Positions 19,875-30,332 of a DNA stretch of 56,571 nucleotides are shown one piece after another; the first letter of the stretch is position 1, and each line of letters starts with the position of its first letter. The position numbers were made by a program, and so were the translations under genes. The notes beneath the pieces were generated by a model. The model was not told the DNA's origin. It was given only the letters and a program-made list of their open reading frames with translations, and did not search any database. Source of the DNA: a virus (Duplodnaviria; Caudoviricetes); the IMG/VR virus record IMGVR_UViG_3300042197_000691, positions 1 through 56,571 of that record. One strand, 5' to 3'.

Positions 19875-20578
19875 AAATAAATGAAATCGTATTAACAGAA
19901 AATCGTATTGCTGTAGGCGACAGTTTCGGTATAGAATTGGGTGACCTTCTTATTGAAACTGGCGTCGTAGGATTTATGCCTGATGGTGTTATAGTTGAAT
20001 CCGATTCTGCTGTGTTCAACTTTTTAAACAAGCATGGAATGCTAGATACAAAAATGGTATTCACCGAAAGTCGTATGGCAGAAGTTGATACCATTTTTCA
20101 GAATTTAGCACGTGGTGAACGTGGTATTACGGACGTAATGAATAATCCAGAAAATGCTGAAGAAAAGTACGCATCAACTATTCTTCAAGATATGTTTGAT
20201 GAAGTGGTCATGGACTATGATTTAGATCCAAGATTAGATCACGATAAAATAATGGACGTTCTTACCGATAGAATACACGATGAGTATATTGAAGACGATG
20301 GTGAAGATTCTACGAGAATTAATCCCCCAATAGTCCAAGAGGCAGAATATCAAGGCAGAAAAGTATCACTTGGTAAGCCAATGAAGGGCGATGTTAAAAA
20401 GTCCAAAGTTTATGTAAAAGGTCCTAAGGGAAATGTAGTAAAGGTAAACTTCGGCGACAAAAATATGAGGATTAAAAAATCTAATCCTGCCCGTAGAAAA
20501 AGTTTTAGAGCAAGACATAATTGTGATAATCCTGGCCCCCGCTGGCGCGCCAGGTATTGGAGTTGTAGAGCGTGGTGA
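19871..20578 (+). CDS. hypothetical head-associated protein
   Basis: MKINEIVLTE N-terminus; basic C-terminal domain RRKSFRARHNC...ARYWSC. Confidence 0.65.
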   Translation: MKINEIVLTENRIAVGDSFGIELGDLLIETGVVGFMPDGVIVESDSAVFNFLNKHGMLDTKMVFTESRMAEVDTIFQNLARGERGITDVMNNPENAEEKYASTILQDMFDEVVMDYDLDPRLDHDKIMDVLTDRIHDEYIEDDGEDSTRINPPIVQEAEYQGRKVSLGKPMKGDVKKSKVYVKGPKGNVVKVNFGDKNMRIKKSNPARRKSFRARHNCDNPGPRWRARYWSCRAW

Positions 20579-20582
20579 TTAT

Positions 20583-20966
20583 ATGAAAATCAAAGAAATA
20601 ATTTCTGAAGACGCAGTTGGTAGTACACCAAAGAGATTTCAACAATCTACCGCTGGTTTAAACAAATTCAGAGATAAAAATTTTGCTGATAGAGTATATG
20701 AACTCAACAGAGTAATGATGGCAGTTGCTGCTGCCGATGGTAGATCACCATTACGTCCAGAAATTGATGCCGAATCATGGGCTGGCAGAAATAATATAGC
20801 AGTACCATATACAGAAATTGAACAAGAAATGCTCAAACAAGCCTACGGTGCTGTAGGATCACACTATGAAGATTTAAATAAAGGTGATCTTCGTAGTCAA
20901 GAGATGAAGTCAACTAATAAAGTAAGTCCGGTAGCCAAGAAAAAAACTAACAAGTGGGGCGTATGA
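20583..20966 (+). CDS. hypothetical protein
   Basis: MKIKEIISE N-terminus similar to neighbouring late proteins. Confidence 0.65.
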   Translation: MKIKEIISEDAVGSTPKRFQQSTAGLNKFRDKNFADRVYELNRVMMAVAAADGRSPLRPEIDAESWAGRNNIAVPYTEIEQEMLKQAYGAVGSHYEDLNKGDLRSQEMKSTNKVSPVAKKKTNKWGV

Positions 20967-21166
20967 CGGACGATCTACAACAGTTAAAGTATCTTGCTGG
21001 TATTACTAATAAGCCTAATTGGACAGTATATGAAGGTAGTAATATCAGTTATACAGGCACCGAAAAAGCAGAATTGATGCGTAAGCATGATATAAAACCC
21101 GGCACTCAAGCCTGGTTCAAGTTATGGTTCTCACTACCTAAACTCACGGGAGAAAAGCCCATCTAA
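20963..21166 (+). CDS. hypothetical protein
   Basis: Overlaps the previous stop; LKYLAGI motif shared with other late ORFs here (LKLAGI, KQLAGL). Confidence 0.6.
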   Translation: MTDDLQQLKYLAGITNKPNWTVYEGSNISYTGTEKAELMRKHDIKPGTQAWFKLWFSLPKLTGEKPI

Positions 21167-21192
21167 GGGTAGATTTCATAATAAATATAATT

Positions 21193-22746
21193 ATGGAATC
21201 AATACTAATTAAGAAGCCAAATCTTCAAGAATCTTACACTATAGATCAAATAGGTGAGATTCTTAAATGCGCTGATCCTGTAACTGGTCCAGCATACTTC
21301 TTAAGTAATTATTTTTATATACAACATCCAGTCAAAGGTAGACTGCGTTATTCACCATTTGACTATCAAAAGCGTTTAGTTGATTCTTACCACAAATACA
21401 GATTTAGTATAAGTTTGATGCCCAGACAAACGGGCAAATCAACTACTGCCGCCGGTTACTTACTATGGTATGCTATGTTTGTACCAGACAGCACAATACT
21501 AGTAGCAGCACATAAGTATACCGGCTCCCAGGAGATTATGCAGCGTATAAGATATGGATACGAAAGTGTGCCTGATTTTATCCGTGCTGGAGTAACAACA
21601 TACAACAAAGGTAGTATTGATTTTGATAACGGATCAAGAATAGTCAGTACAACTACCACAGATAATACGGGTCGTGGTATGTCCATTTCGTTATTATATC
21701 TAGATGAGTTTGCCTTCGTTAAACCTCGTATGGCCAAAGAGTTCTGGACATCTATCAGTCCAACTCTAGCGACTGGTGGTAAGTGTATTATTACCAGTAC
21801 GCCAAACAGTGATGAAGATCAGTTTGCTTTGATATGGAAACAAGCAAATAAGTGTGTAGATGAGTGGGGCAATGAAACTGAAGTGGGCATAAATGGCTTC
21901 AAAGCATTCCGTAGTTACTGGAATGAACATCCAGATCGTGATGAAGCATGGGAAAAACAACAGCGAGCACAACTAGGTGAAGAACGTTTCCGTCGTGAAA
22001 TGAATTGTGAATTCATTATTGAAGAAGAAACACTAATAAATTCAATCGTGTTGGCAGAAATGGGTGGTATAGATCCATTAATAAAACAGGGTCAAATTCG
22101 TTGGTATAAAAAACCAGAAGCAAACAAAACATATATAGTAGCACTTGATCCTAGTTTAGGCACTGGCGGTGACCCAGCAGCAATACAGGTGTTAGAGTTG
22201 CCCACTATGTATCAAGTTGCTGAGTGGACACATAACAAAACACCTATACAGCAACAGATAAAAATAATGTCCGAAATAACAAAAGGGTTAGTAGAAATTA
22301 CGAATTCATCAAATACTGTTTATTATAGTGTTGAAAACAATACTATTGGCGAAGCGGCATTAATGGCAATTGCTGAACTAGGCGAAGAAAATATCAAAGG
22401 TATTTTTTTAAGTGAGCCAAAACGTGCTGGAGCCAGCAGAACATATCGTAAAGGCTTTACTACTACCAATAAATCAAAAATAGCAGCATGTAGTAAGTTA
22501 AAAAACTTGATAGAAAATAAGAAGATGGTAATAGCCAGTAAGAACTTAATAAGTGAATTTAAAACATTTATTGCTTCTGGTGCGAGTTTTCAAGCCAAGA
22601 TTGGCGAAACAGATGATTTAGTTATGGCACTATTGTTAGCAGTTCGTATGGCAACATTTTTGAGAGAGTTTGATGCTAATCTAGATGAACAGTTAAAAGA
22701 TAAATCAGATGATTTCATCATGCCTATGCCATTCATTATGGCTTAA
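21193..22746 (+). CDS. gp17: terminase large subunit
   Basis: Walker A MPRQTGKST, Walker B LLYLDEFAFV, ITSTPN coupling motif, RNase H ALDPS...DDLVMA. Confidence 0.95.
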   Translation: MESILIKKPNLQESYTIDQIGEILKCADPVTGPAYFLSNYFYIQHPVKGRLRYSPFDYQKRLVDSYHKYRFSISLMPRQTGKSTTAAGYLLWYAMFVPDSTILVAAHKYTGSQEIMQRIRYGYESVPDFIRAGVTTYNKGSIDFDNGSRIVSTTTTDNTGRGMSISLLYLDEFAFVKPRMAKEFWTSISPTLATGGKCIITSTPNSDEDQFALIWKQANKCVDEWGNETEVGINGFKAFRSYWNEHPDRDEAWEKQQRAQLGEERFRREMNCEFIIEEETLINSIVLAEMGGIDPLIKQGQIRWYKKPEANKTYIVALDPSLGTGGDPAAIQVLELPTMYQVAEWTHNKTPIQQQIKIMSEITKGLVEITNSSNTVYYSVENNTIGEAALMAIAELGEENIKGIFLSEPKRAGASRTYRKGFTTTNKSKIAACSKLKNLIENKKMVIASKNLISEFKTFIASGASFQAKIGETDDLVMALLLAVRMATFLREFDANLDEQLKDKSDDFIMPMPFIMA

Positions 22747-22763
22747 TTCTGATAAATAAAACT

Positions 22764-24143
22764 ATGGAAGAATTAGACAAAGTAGCAAAAGAATTATTTA
22801 ATAAAATCAGAAATAGATTTTCTGATCTAAGTATTGCTGACGAAAATTTAAAGAATACTCTTGATCCAGATAAGGCAAGATATTACTATTTTGATTTTCA
22901 AAGAGATGGCAAATCGCTAGGACACGTTAATATCTCTATTATAAACAATACACTCAAAGTGTACTATGATAGAAACATTGATAGATTTTTAGATCCATCA
23001 GATAAGCGTGAGTGGTTTGATTACCTAAAAAATTTACGTATGTTTGCTAAGAGCAATTATCCAACTATAAAGTCGTTTGACGTTCGTGATATTGATAAAA
23101 GCGGTTTGAACATCAAAGATCTTATACACATAAAAAGTACGGATAGTACAAAAAGCAAAAACGAAGTCAGTGAGTCAAAGCGTTATGGCACCAGTAAAAG
23201 TAGTTACGAAAATCTAGACAATGTAAAAATTATTGCTAGACACAACAAACCAATTCTTGATGATTCGGATCCTGCTGCTAGAAGTAGAAATATTAGTACA
23301 TTCTATGTTGAAAACGGCGAAGGTGAACGTTTTAAACTACCAGAAGGTACTACATTAAATGGTGCTCGTGTGTTTGCTCGACATGTAAAGAATGGCGGCA
23401 ATTTATACGACGATTTTGGTAACCATATAACTAAGATTGTTTCTGAAATGCGTGCTCTAAAAACATTTGTTAGAAATATGCGTGGCAGAACATTTGAAGA
23501 CGTTGAAACAAATCAGATGATTGAATCGGCTGTAAATTACTATGGTAAATTACATCGTGATTTGTTCACACTGCGTAGTCAGCGTGGCTATGAACAATAC
23601 AAAGATTTATGGACACCAGAAGCGGATCAAGATACCAGTGATGTTGATTTAAATGAACTTAAAGAGCGTTTTGTAAGGCGTATATTTGATGATAGGTTGA
23701 TGAATGCTCTGCCTATAGTTAAGCGAGCATATGAATCAGATATAGGCGGCATAGGTAAAGAGTTTGAATCATGGGCTAATGATATGTTAGAGGACATGAG
23801 TGCTGATGTAAATACTATGAGTCCAACGCCAAAACAACCATCGGACGATGAGTTTGATACTGATGTTGAACATTCTGATTTGTCTGATTTGCTTGATGAA
23901 AACAATTTTGATTACAAATTCATTGATGGAATATTCTACTTTACAAGCAAAGAAGAATTAGAGCGTGCCAAAGACATCATTGCGGAGCGTGATCCTACAA
24001 TGGAATTCCCACCCATGAAAGTTCGTAATGAAAATTATGGTTCATATGGTAGTAGTACATTTGATAGAGAATTGTCAAACGGCAAAGGTGTTATGGAAAG
24101 CGATCTCCTGAGCATCAAGCAACTTGCGGGTTTAGCCAAATAA
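22764..24143 (+). CDS. hypothetical protein
   Basis: 459-aa ORF following a TAAATA motif. Confidence 0.75.
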   Translation: MEELDKVAKELFNKIRNRFSDLSIADENLKNTLDPDKARYYYFDFQRDGKSLGHVNISIINNTLKVYYDRNIDRFLDPSDKREWFDYLKNLRMFAKSNYPTIKSFDVRDIDKSGLNIKDLIHIKSTDSTKSKNEVSESKRYGTSKSSYENLDNVKIIARHNKPILDDSDPAARSRNISTFYVENGEGERFKLPEGTTLNGARVFARHVKNGGNLYDDFGNHITKIVSEMRALKTFVRNMRGRTFEDVETNQMIESAVNYYGKLHRDLFTLRSQRGYEQYKDLWTPEADQDTSDVDLNELKERFVRRIFDDRLMNALPIVKRAYESDIGGIGKEFESWANDMLEDMSADVNTMSPTPKQPSDDEFDTDVEHSDLSDLLDENNFDYKFIDGIFYFTSKEELERAKDIIAERDPTMEFPPMKVRNENYGSYGSSTFDRELSNGKGVMESDLLSIKQLAGLAK

Positions 24144-24144
24144 T

Positions 24145-24173
24145 TTGATTTCCAGAGAGCAGCACTATACAAT
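24145..24173 (+). promoter_or_regulatory. sigma70-type promoter for the gp32 operon
   Basis: TTGATT-N17-TACAAT. Confidence 0.55.
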
Positions 24174-24296
24174 GCTGCCATGCCTAGAAAAATTAAGTTT
24201 TTACACCAAGTAGATAAATACTACTGTTACATCAATACAGGGTGTGTTGATGTATCTAGGCAATTAATCATGGTTTAACATTAAGGAAAAAATATC

Positions 24297-25316
24297 ATGG
24301 CAACAACATTAGCACAAATCAGGGCAAAACTACAAGAACAAGAAAACAAAATGTCTGGCACCTCAATGGGTTCAGACAACGGCATCTTCGCACACTGGAA
24401 TATGCCTGAAGGCACAACAACTCGCATCAGATTTCTCCCTGACGCAAATCCAAAAAATTCATTCTTCTGGCTTGAAAAATTCACTATCAAGTTACCATTC
24501 ATTGGTGTAAAGGGTCAGGCCGATAGCAAGACCGTTTATGTTCAAGTTCCATGTATGGAAATGTGGAATGAATCATGTCCTATTCTTACTGAAGTTCGTC
24601 CTTGGTTCAAGGATCCGAGCATGGAAGAAATGGGTCGTAAGTACTGGAAGAAAAAGAGTTATCTATTTCAGGGTTTCGTCCGTGAAAATCCTGTTCAAGA
24701 TGACAAGCAACCAGAAAATCCTATTCGCAGACTAGTAATCAGTCCTCAGATTTTCAATCTAGTCAAGAACGCAATTCTTGACCCAGAACTAGAAAACATG
24801 CCAACTGATTACGAGGCAGGTCTTGATTTCAATATCAAGAAGACCAGCAAGGGCGGGTATGCTGATTACAGCACCAGTTCATGGTCACGTAAGGAAAGTG
24901 CGCTAACACAGGGTGAGCGTGAAGCACTAGAAAAGTATGGTCTGTTCAATCTTGCTGATTTTCTACCAAAGAAGCCAACGGCCGAAGAAGTGAAGATCAT
25001 CAAGGAAATGTTTGAAGCAAGTGTAAATGGCGAACTATATGATGCAGAACGTTGGGCATCACACTTCAAGCCAGTTGGTCTGAATACTTCTGGGTCTAAG
25101 ACTAGCAGTGCCAAGGACTCTTACGATGAGGATGATACTCCTGTAGTAAAGACATCGGCTAAGCCAGCCGTCACTAAGCCAGTCGTTGCCGAAGTAGCAG
25201 ATGAAGATGATTCACCATTTGTGCCTGAGCAAAAAGCAACACCTAGTGTTTCAGCAAAGCCAGCACAACGTGCGGAAGATATTCTCGCTATGATCAGATC
25301 TCGTCAAAAGGCGTAA
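24297..25316 (+). CDS. gp32: single-stranded DNA-binding protein (T4 gp32-like)
   Basis: RIRFLPD, CPI, YWKKKSY, GLDFNIKK...YADYSTS; acidic tail; upstream of UvsX. Confidence 0.88.
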   Translation: MATTLAQIRAKLQEQENKMSGTSMGSDNGIFAHWNMPEGTTTRIRFLPDANPKNSFFWLEKFTIKLPFIGVKGQADSKTVYVQVPCMEMWNESCPILTEVRPWFKDPSMEEMGRKYWKKKSYLFQGFVRENPVQDDKQPENPIRRLVISPQIFNLVKNAILDPELENMPTDYEAGLDFNIKKTSKGGYADYSTSSWSRKESALTQGEREALEKYGLFNLADFLPKKPTAEEVKIIKEMFEASVNGELYDAERWASHFKPVGLNTSGSKTSSAKDSYDEDDTPVVKTSAKPAVTKPVVAEVADEDDSPFVPEQKATPSVSAKPAQRAEDILAMIRSRQKA

Positions 25317-25340
25317 AGTCATAGTAGTTGTGTAGTTTAT

Positions 25341-25369
25341 ACTCCGGCGCACTGCCGGAGTTTTTATTT
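25341..25369 (+). terminator. intrinsic terminator
   Basis: ACTCCGGC-GCACT-GCCGGAGT followed by TTTTATTT. Confidence 0.8.
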
Positions 25370-25387
25370 AATCTAGGAGAAAAAAAT

Positions 25388-25579
25388 ATGAGTAATCTTG
25401 TTCGTTTAAAGAAGGTGTCGGATTCTTTTACTATCAATCGTTATGACAATGGTTGGATGGTTGAAATCAGTGGTAAAAATTCCGATGATGATTGGTCAAC
25501 AGTAAAGATTGTCTGTAATACTGAGGATGAACTTGTCAAGTTGATCGCGGCATACAACAAATTAGAACTGGATCGTTAA
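25388..25579 (+). CDS. hypothetical protein
   Basis: AGGAG RBS before MSNLV. Confidence 0.65.
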   Translation: MSNLVRLKKVSDSFTINRYDNGWMVEISGKNSDDDWSTVKIVCNTEDELVKLIAAYNKLELDR

Positions 25580-25580
25580 T

Positions 25581-26612
25581 ATGACCAAGCCGTTTGATAT
25601 AGCAAAATTTAGAAAATCAGTAACAAAATCTATTGAAGGTCTAAGCGTAGGTTTTAATGACCCAACTGATTGGATAAGTACTGGCAGTTATGCTCTTAAC
25701 TACCTGATCAGTGGTGACTTCAATCGCGGTATTCCCATGGGCAAAGTTACTGTATTTGCGGGTGAGAGTGGCAGCGGCAAGTCATTTCTGTGTAGTGGCA
25801 ACTTAGTACGTAACGCGCAACAACAGGGCATTTATGTTATTCTTATTGACACAGAAAATGCTCTTGATGAAAGTTGGCTACACGCACTTGGAGTTGATAC
25901 CAGTGAAGATAAATTGTTGAAGTTGAACATGGCAATGATTGATGATGTTGCTAAACTTATCAGTGAATTTGTCAAGGAGTATAAAACAATGCCAGAAGAT
26001 CAACGTCCGAAGGTGTTGTTCGTACTAGACAGTATCGGTATGTTGTTAACGCCAACTGATGTAAATCAATTTGAGAGCGGCGATCTTAAGGGTGATCTAG
26101 GCAGAAAGCCGAAGGCACTAACTGCCCTAGTTCGTAACTGTGTTAACATGTTCGGTGATTTGAATATAGGATTAGTCGCAACTAACCATACTTATGCAAG
26201 TCAAGACATGTTTGACCCAGATGATAAGATCAGTGGTGGTCAGGGTTTCATCTATGCTAGCAGTATCGTAGTTGCTATGAAGAAGTTGAAACTAAAAGAA
26301 GATGAGGATGGTAATAAGATCAGCGAAGTACGTGGTATTCGTAGTGCTTGTAAGATCATGAAGACTAGATATTCAAAGCCATTTGAAAGTGTACAAGTCA
26401 AGATTCCTTATGAAACAGGTCTTAATCCATATAGTGGTCTAGTGGATTTGTTTGAGGGTAAGAACATTTTACAGAAAGATGGCAACAGTCTAAAGTATGT
26501 GAATGAAGATGGAGTAATTATCAAGCAATTCAGAAAAGCGTGGGAAAGAAACGAAGAAAATAGTTTAGACACAATTATGACCGACATAAGTAATAAAAAA
26601 ATAAAGGTGTAA
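25581..26612 (+). CDS. uvsX: RecA-like recombinase UvsX
   Basis: ISTGSYALN, AGESGSGKS P-loop, IDTENA, VLDSIG, TNHTY, SGG. Confidence 0.93.
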   Translation: MTKPFDIAKFRKSVTKSIEGLSVGFNDPTDWISTGSYALNYLISGDFNRGIPMGKVTVFAGESGSGKSFLCSGNLVRNAQQQGIYVILIDTENALDESWLHALGVDTSEDKLLKLNMAMIDDVAKLISEFVKEYKTMPEDQRPKVLFVLDSIGMLLTPTDVNQFESGDLKGDLGRKPKALTALVRNCVNMFGDLNIGLVATNHTYASQDMFDPDDKISGGQGFIYASSIVVAMKKLKLKEDEDGNKISEVRGIRSACKIMKTRYSKPFESVQVKIPYETGLNPYSGLVDLFEGKNILQKDGNSLKYVNEDGVIIKQFRKAWERNEENSLDTIMTDISNKKIKV

Positions 26613-26619
26613 TCTAAAC

Positions 26620-26856
26620 ATGAATATTGAAACTGACGTTCTGATTGAAACTTATCAAACTCTAAAGCAATATATTCCAGCAAAAGATCGTCAAGAAGCC
26701 AGTGACACACTGATGAGTTATCTGGTAGATGTACTGTCTGATGAGCAACTTACTGAGTTCAAAGCATCGGATTCTTATACTAAGCGTAGTTATGATGAAT
26801 ATGCGGGAGAATCCGATGTAGATGACTTTGACTCAGATGAAGACTACGAAAATTAA
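26620..26856 (+). CDS. hypothetical acidic protein
   Basis: ORF between uvsX and uvsY. Confidence 0.65.
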   Translation: MNIETDVLIETYQTLKQYIPAKDRQEASDTLMSYLVDVLSDEQLTEFKASDSYTKRSYDEYAGESDVDDFDSDEDYEN

Positions 26857-27308
26857 TGTGGTATAATCAAATCATAAATGATTTAAGTAAATTGCCTGAT
26901 TTCATTTCCTATTACGAAAGCGAGTTAGGTCAGGCAAAACTTGAATGTTCAATACGTGGTAAATTAGAGCGTCAGGTTGCCGATTTACCTGGTATCACAG
27001 AGCAACGCTTCAATCAATTGCAGGAGATTGAGGCGGTGCTTAATTACTTAAATATTCAATTACGCAAGATTCGTCGTAAGCATTTTCAAAAATATTTGGA
27101 GTCTTATCCTCGTGCTCTAAGTAGTAGAGATGCTGAAAAGTACGTTGACGGAGAAGATGAAGTGATTGATTATGAAACCTTAATCAATGAAGTAGCACTA
27201 ATCAGAAACAAATGGCTAGGACTAATTAAGGGATTAGAAAGTAAGAACTTTATGTTAGGACACGTTGCTAGACTACGCACAGCAGGAATGGAAGATATAT
27301 CACTATGA
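26856..27308 (+). CDS. uvsY: recombination mediator UvsY-like
   Basis: Helical 150-aa protein near uvsX; AEKYVDGEDE...IKGLESKNF pattern. Confidence 0.7.
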   Translation: MWYNQIINDLSKLPDFISYYESELGQAKLECSIRGKLERQVADLPGITEQRFNQLQEIEAVLNYLNIQLRKIRRKHFQKYLESYPRALSSRDAEKYVDGEDEVIDYETLINEVALIRNKWLGLIKGLESKNFMLGHVARLRTAGMEDISL

Positions 27309-28075
27309 AAATAGTACTTGTTACGGGTGGATTTGATCCGCTACACAGTGGGCATATTGCTTACTTTAATGAAGCAAAAAAATTAGGCGATGAACTAATT
27401 GTAGGTGTTAACTCAGATGCGTGGTTAACTCGTAAAAAGGGTAAACCGTTTATGCCAGTGTGGGAACGAGAGGCAATAATCAGAGAGTTAAAGGTAGTTG
27501 ATAGGGTAGTTTTCTTTGATGACGACTATGACGCTGATGGCAGTGCTAAAAACTTCATCAAAGAAACACTAGAAATTTTCCCCGATGATGAAATTATTTT
27601 TGCGAACGGAGGAGATAGAACTAGTACCAATATTCCAGAAATGGACATTGAGAGTCCTAGACTGTCATTTGCGTTTGGTGTAGGAGGCGATAATAAGAAA
27701 AACTCCAGTAGTTGGATCCTATCTGATTGGCGTGCGCCGAAAACTGAACGAAAGTGGGGTCACTATCGTGTGATGTATGAACTCGATAAGTCAACAAAGG
27801 TCAAAGAATTAGTGGTTGATCCAAGTTCATGTTTAAGTATGCAACGTCATGCTAATCGTAGCGAAATATGGTTTGTTGCTGAAGGCGTCGCCAGTGTATA
27901 TACACTAAATCGTAGTACCGATCATGAACTTCAAACTCGTTTAGTAAAGCATCAACATTTGACTATTGCCAATAATGAATGGCATATGTTATGTAATGAA
28001 ACGGATACTCCATTGAAGTTAGTAGAGATACAGTATGGAGAAAATTGTGTAGAGGAAGATATAGAGAGAAAATGA
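27305..28075 (+). CDS. cytidylyltransferase-like (RfaE/TagD) domain fused to a type II mannose-6-phosphate isomerase cupin
   Basis: TGGFDPLHSGH, GVNSD, ANGGDR; C-terminal LSMQRH...RSEIW...EIQYG...EEDIER. Confidence 0.85.
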   Translation: MKIVLVTGGFDPLHSGHIAYFNEAKKLGDELIVGVNSDAWLTRKKGKPFMPVWEREAIIRELKVVDRVVFFDDDYDADGSAKNFIKETLEIFPDDEIIFANGGDRTSTNIPEMDIESPRLSFAFGVGGDNKKNSSSWILSDWRAPKTERKWGHYRVMYELDKSTKVKELVVDPSSCLSMQRHANRSEIWFVAEGVASVYTLNRSTDHELQTRLVKHQHLTIANNEWHMLCNETDTPLKLVEIQYGENCVEEDIERK

Positions 28076-29058
28076 ATACACTTGTAAAGCATGTTATTAA
28101 TAATGGTGGAGACATTTTTCCACTAATATTGCCAGCAAATATGACTGGCGGCACTGGTCTGATGAATCCTTCCGTTTTGATAGTCAATGGTAAAGTAATA
28201 GTCAATGTGAGGCATGTAAACTACACTTTCTATCATTCTGAGGCAAAATTATTTCAACATCCATGGGGACCATTAACGTATATACACCCAGAAAACGACA
28301 TGCATTTAAGAACAACTAATTATTATTGTGAATTAAATGATGATTTTTCTATTTCAAAAGCGACTAAAATCAATACCAGTAGATTTGATACTTATGAGCC
28401 TTTATGGGATTTCGTTGGCTTAGAAGATGCTAGGCTAGTTAATTGGGATAACAAACTATATGTAACTGGTGTTCGTCGTGACACAACTACTAATGGTCAG
28501 GGTAGAATGGAATTATGTGAAATTGTAGTTTCTGACGACGATGTTGTGGAAGTTAGTAGATTCAGAATTCCACCGCCAAAAGACCCAAATAGTTATTGTG
28601 AAAAGAATTGGATGCCAATCTTAGATCTTCCATATCATTATGTGAAATGGTCTAATCCAACTGAAGTTGTTCAAGTGGATCCTATTACTCAGACTTCTAG
28701 AACTGTTCATTTAGGAAATCAAATAGGATTGCCTAGAGATTTACGCGGCGGTAGTCAAGTAATTACACTAGATGATTACTATGTTACCTTAACACACGAA
28801 GTTGATTTATTCAACAGTGAAGTAGGTAGAAAAGATGCTCTTTACAGACATAGATTTGTTGTTTGGGACAAGTCTTGGAATTTTGTAAAAGTTACTAAAG
28901 ATTTTTCAATAATGGGAGCACACGTTGAATTTTCAGTTGGAATGTGTATTCATGGTAATGATATTTTGATAACATTTGGCTATCAAGACAATGCCGCTTT
29001 TATACTCAAGACACCCATTGATTCTCTACATACTTTTATAAACGCTAATTTAATATGA
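28072..29058 (+). CDS. beta-propeller glycosidase/phosphorylase-like protein (GH130-like)
   Basis: NPSV, GLEDARL, EKNWMP, RGGS, VEF...G, FGYQD motifs. Confidence 0.6.
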   Translation: MNTLVKHVINNGGDIFPLILPANMTGGTGLMNPSVLIVNGKVIVNVRHVNYTFYHSEAKLFQHPWGPLTYIHPENDMHLRTTNYYCELNDDFSISKATKINTSRFDTYEPLWDFVGLEDARLVNWDNKLYVTGVRRDTTTNGQGRMELCEIVVSDDDVVEVSRFRIPPPKDPNSYCEKNWMPILDLPYHYVKWSNPTEVVQVDPITQTSRTVHLGNQIGLPRDLRGGSQVITLDDYYVTLTHEVDLFNSEVGRKDALYRHRFVVWDKSWNFVKVTKDFSIMGAHVEFSVGMCIHGNDILITFGYQDNAAFILKTPIDSLHTFINANLI

Positions 29059-30332
29059 ACGATCTAATGTTTAAAAATTTACTTATTGACTATATAAATG
29101 ATTCTGAAAATTCAGATTTAAATTTCTCATTAGCATTATATTACTATAGTATAGGTCAGACAGCATCCGCTGTATCTTTTTTTATACGAACAGCCGAAAG
29201 AACTAAAGACGATTTACAAAAATATGAGTGTTTGTTGATGGCTGCTAAATGCTTTGAGCATCAGGGATCCAGAGCATTTTCAGTGAAGGGATTGTTACAA
29301 CATGCTCTATCGTTATTTCCTACGAGGCCTGAAGCATATTTTTTACTTGCCAAATATTATGAAGGAGAAAAAAAAGATGGCAGTTGGTTTGACTGTTATA
29401 TGATTTCTTCCATTGGTTTAAATGTAGTGAATTTTTCTTCTATACCATTATCAATTGATGTAGGTTATCCGGGTAAATATGCCTTGTTGTTTCAAAAAGC
29501 CTTGAGCAGTTGGTGGTGTGGTTTATGTGAAGAGTCAAGAACTTTGTTTATTGATCTATTGAAAAATTATACAATGGAGGAACAATTCAAAGTTGCTACC
29601 ATTAATAATTTAAAAATGTTCGGAGCATTTAATACCAAGCAAATAAATTATTATACCAAAGACAAGCATAAACACTTGAGAATTAATTTTAATGATTCTG
29701 AACTTATAGAAAAAAATTACTCAGAATCATATCAAGATATGTTTGTTCTTACTATGCTTGGCGGTAAAAAGAATGGCCACTATGTAGAAATAGGAGCCGG
29801 AAATTCATTTTATGGTAGTAATACTGCGTTACTAGAACAACAATATAATTGGAAAGGCGTATCTATAGATTTTAATGAAGATTTTGTTGCATCACATGCC
29901 AGAGAAAGAAAGAATCTATGCGTCCTTCGAGATGCAACACTGATTAATTACGATAGGTTTCTATCTGCATTAGATTTACCTACAACTATTGATTATTTAC
30001 AGATTGATTGCGATCCTTCTGACACTTCGTATAAAATTCTTACATCTATTCCATTTGAAAAATATAAATTTGCCGTTATAACATATGAACACGACGATTA
30101 TAGTGACGTAAATAATGTTTTCAAAGAAAAATCAAGAAAATATTTGAGCAGTTACGGATACGTTATGGTTGTCGGAGATATTGCTCCAGATGATTGGAGA
30201 AATTACGAAGACTGGTGGGTTCACCCTGATTTAATAAATCCTAGTATATTAAGTGCTATGTTAAATACAAGCAAATTAACTAAAAATGCTGAAGAATATA
30301 TGCTTGATAAACTAAATGACAAAAAAGTTTAA
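29055..30332 (+). CDS. TPR-like domain fused to FkbM-family methyltransferase
   Basis: PTRPEAYFLLA; SYQD, YVEIGAG...SNT, IDYLQIDCD, ITYEHD. Confidence 0.7.
   Translation: MNDLMFKNLLIDYINDSENSDLNFSLALYYYSIGQTASAVSFFIRTAERTKDDLQKYECLLMAAKCFEHQGSRAFSVKGLLQHALSLFPTRPEAYFLLAKYYEGEKKDGSWFDCYMISSIGLNVVNFSSIPLSIDVGYPGKYALLFQKALSSWWCGLCEESRTLFIDLLKNYTMEEQFKVATINNLKMFGAFNTKQINYYTKDKHKHLRINFNDSELIEKNYSESYQDMFVLTMLGGKKNGHYVEIGAGNSFYGSNTALLEQQYNWKGVSIDFNEDFVASHARERKNLCVLRDATLINYDRFLSALDLPTTIDYLQIDCDPSDTSYKILTSIPFEKYKFAVITYEHDDYSDVNNVFKEKSRKYLSSYGYVMVVGDIAPDDWRNYEDWWVHPDLINPSILSAMLNTSKLTKNAEEYMLDKLNDKKV

Noticed and set aside
21193-26612. Inteins or introns in terminase or UvsX
   Set aside because: Lengths are normal and motifs are contiguous; the three homing endonucleases are free-standing.
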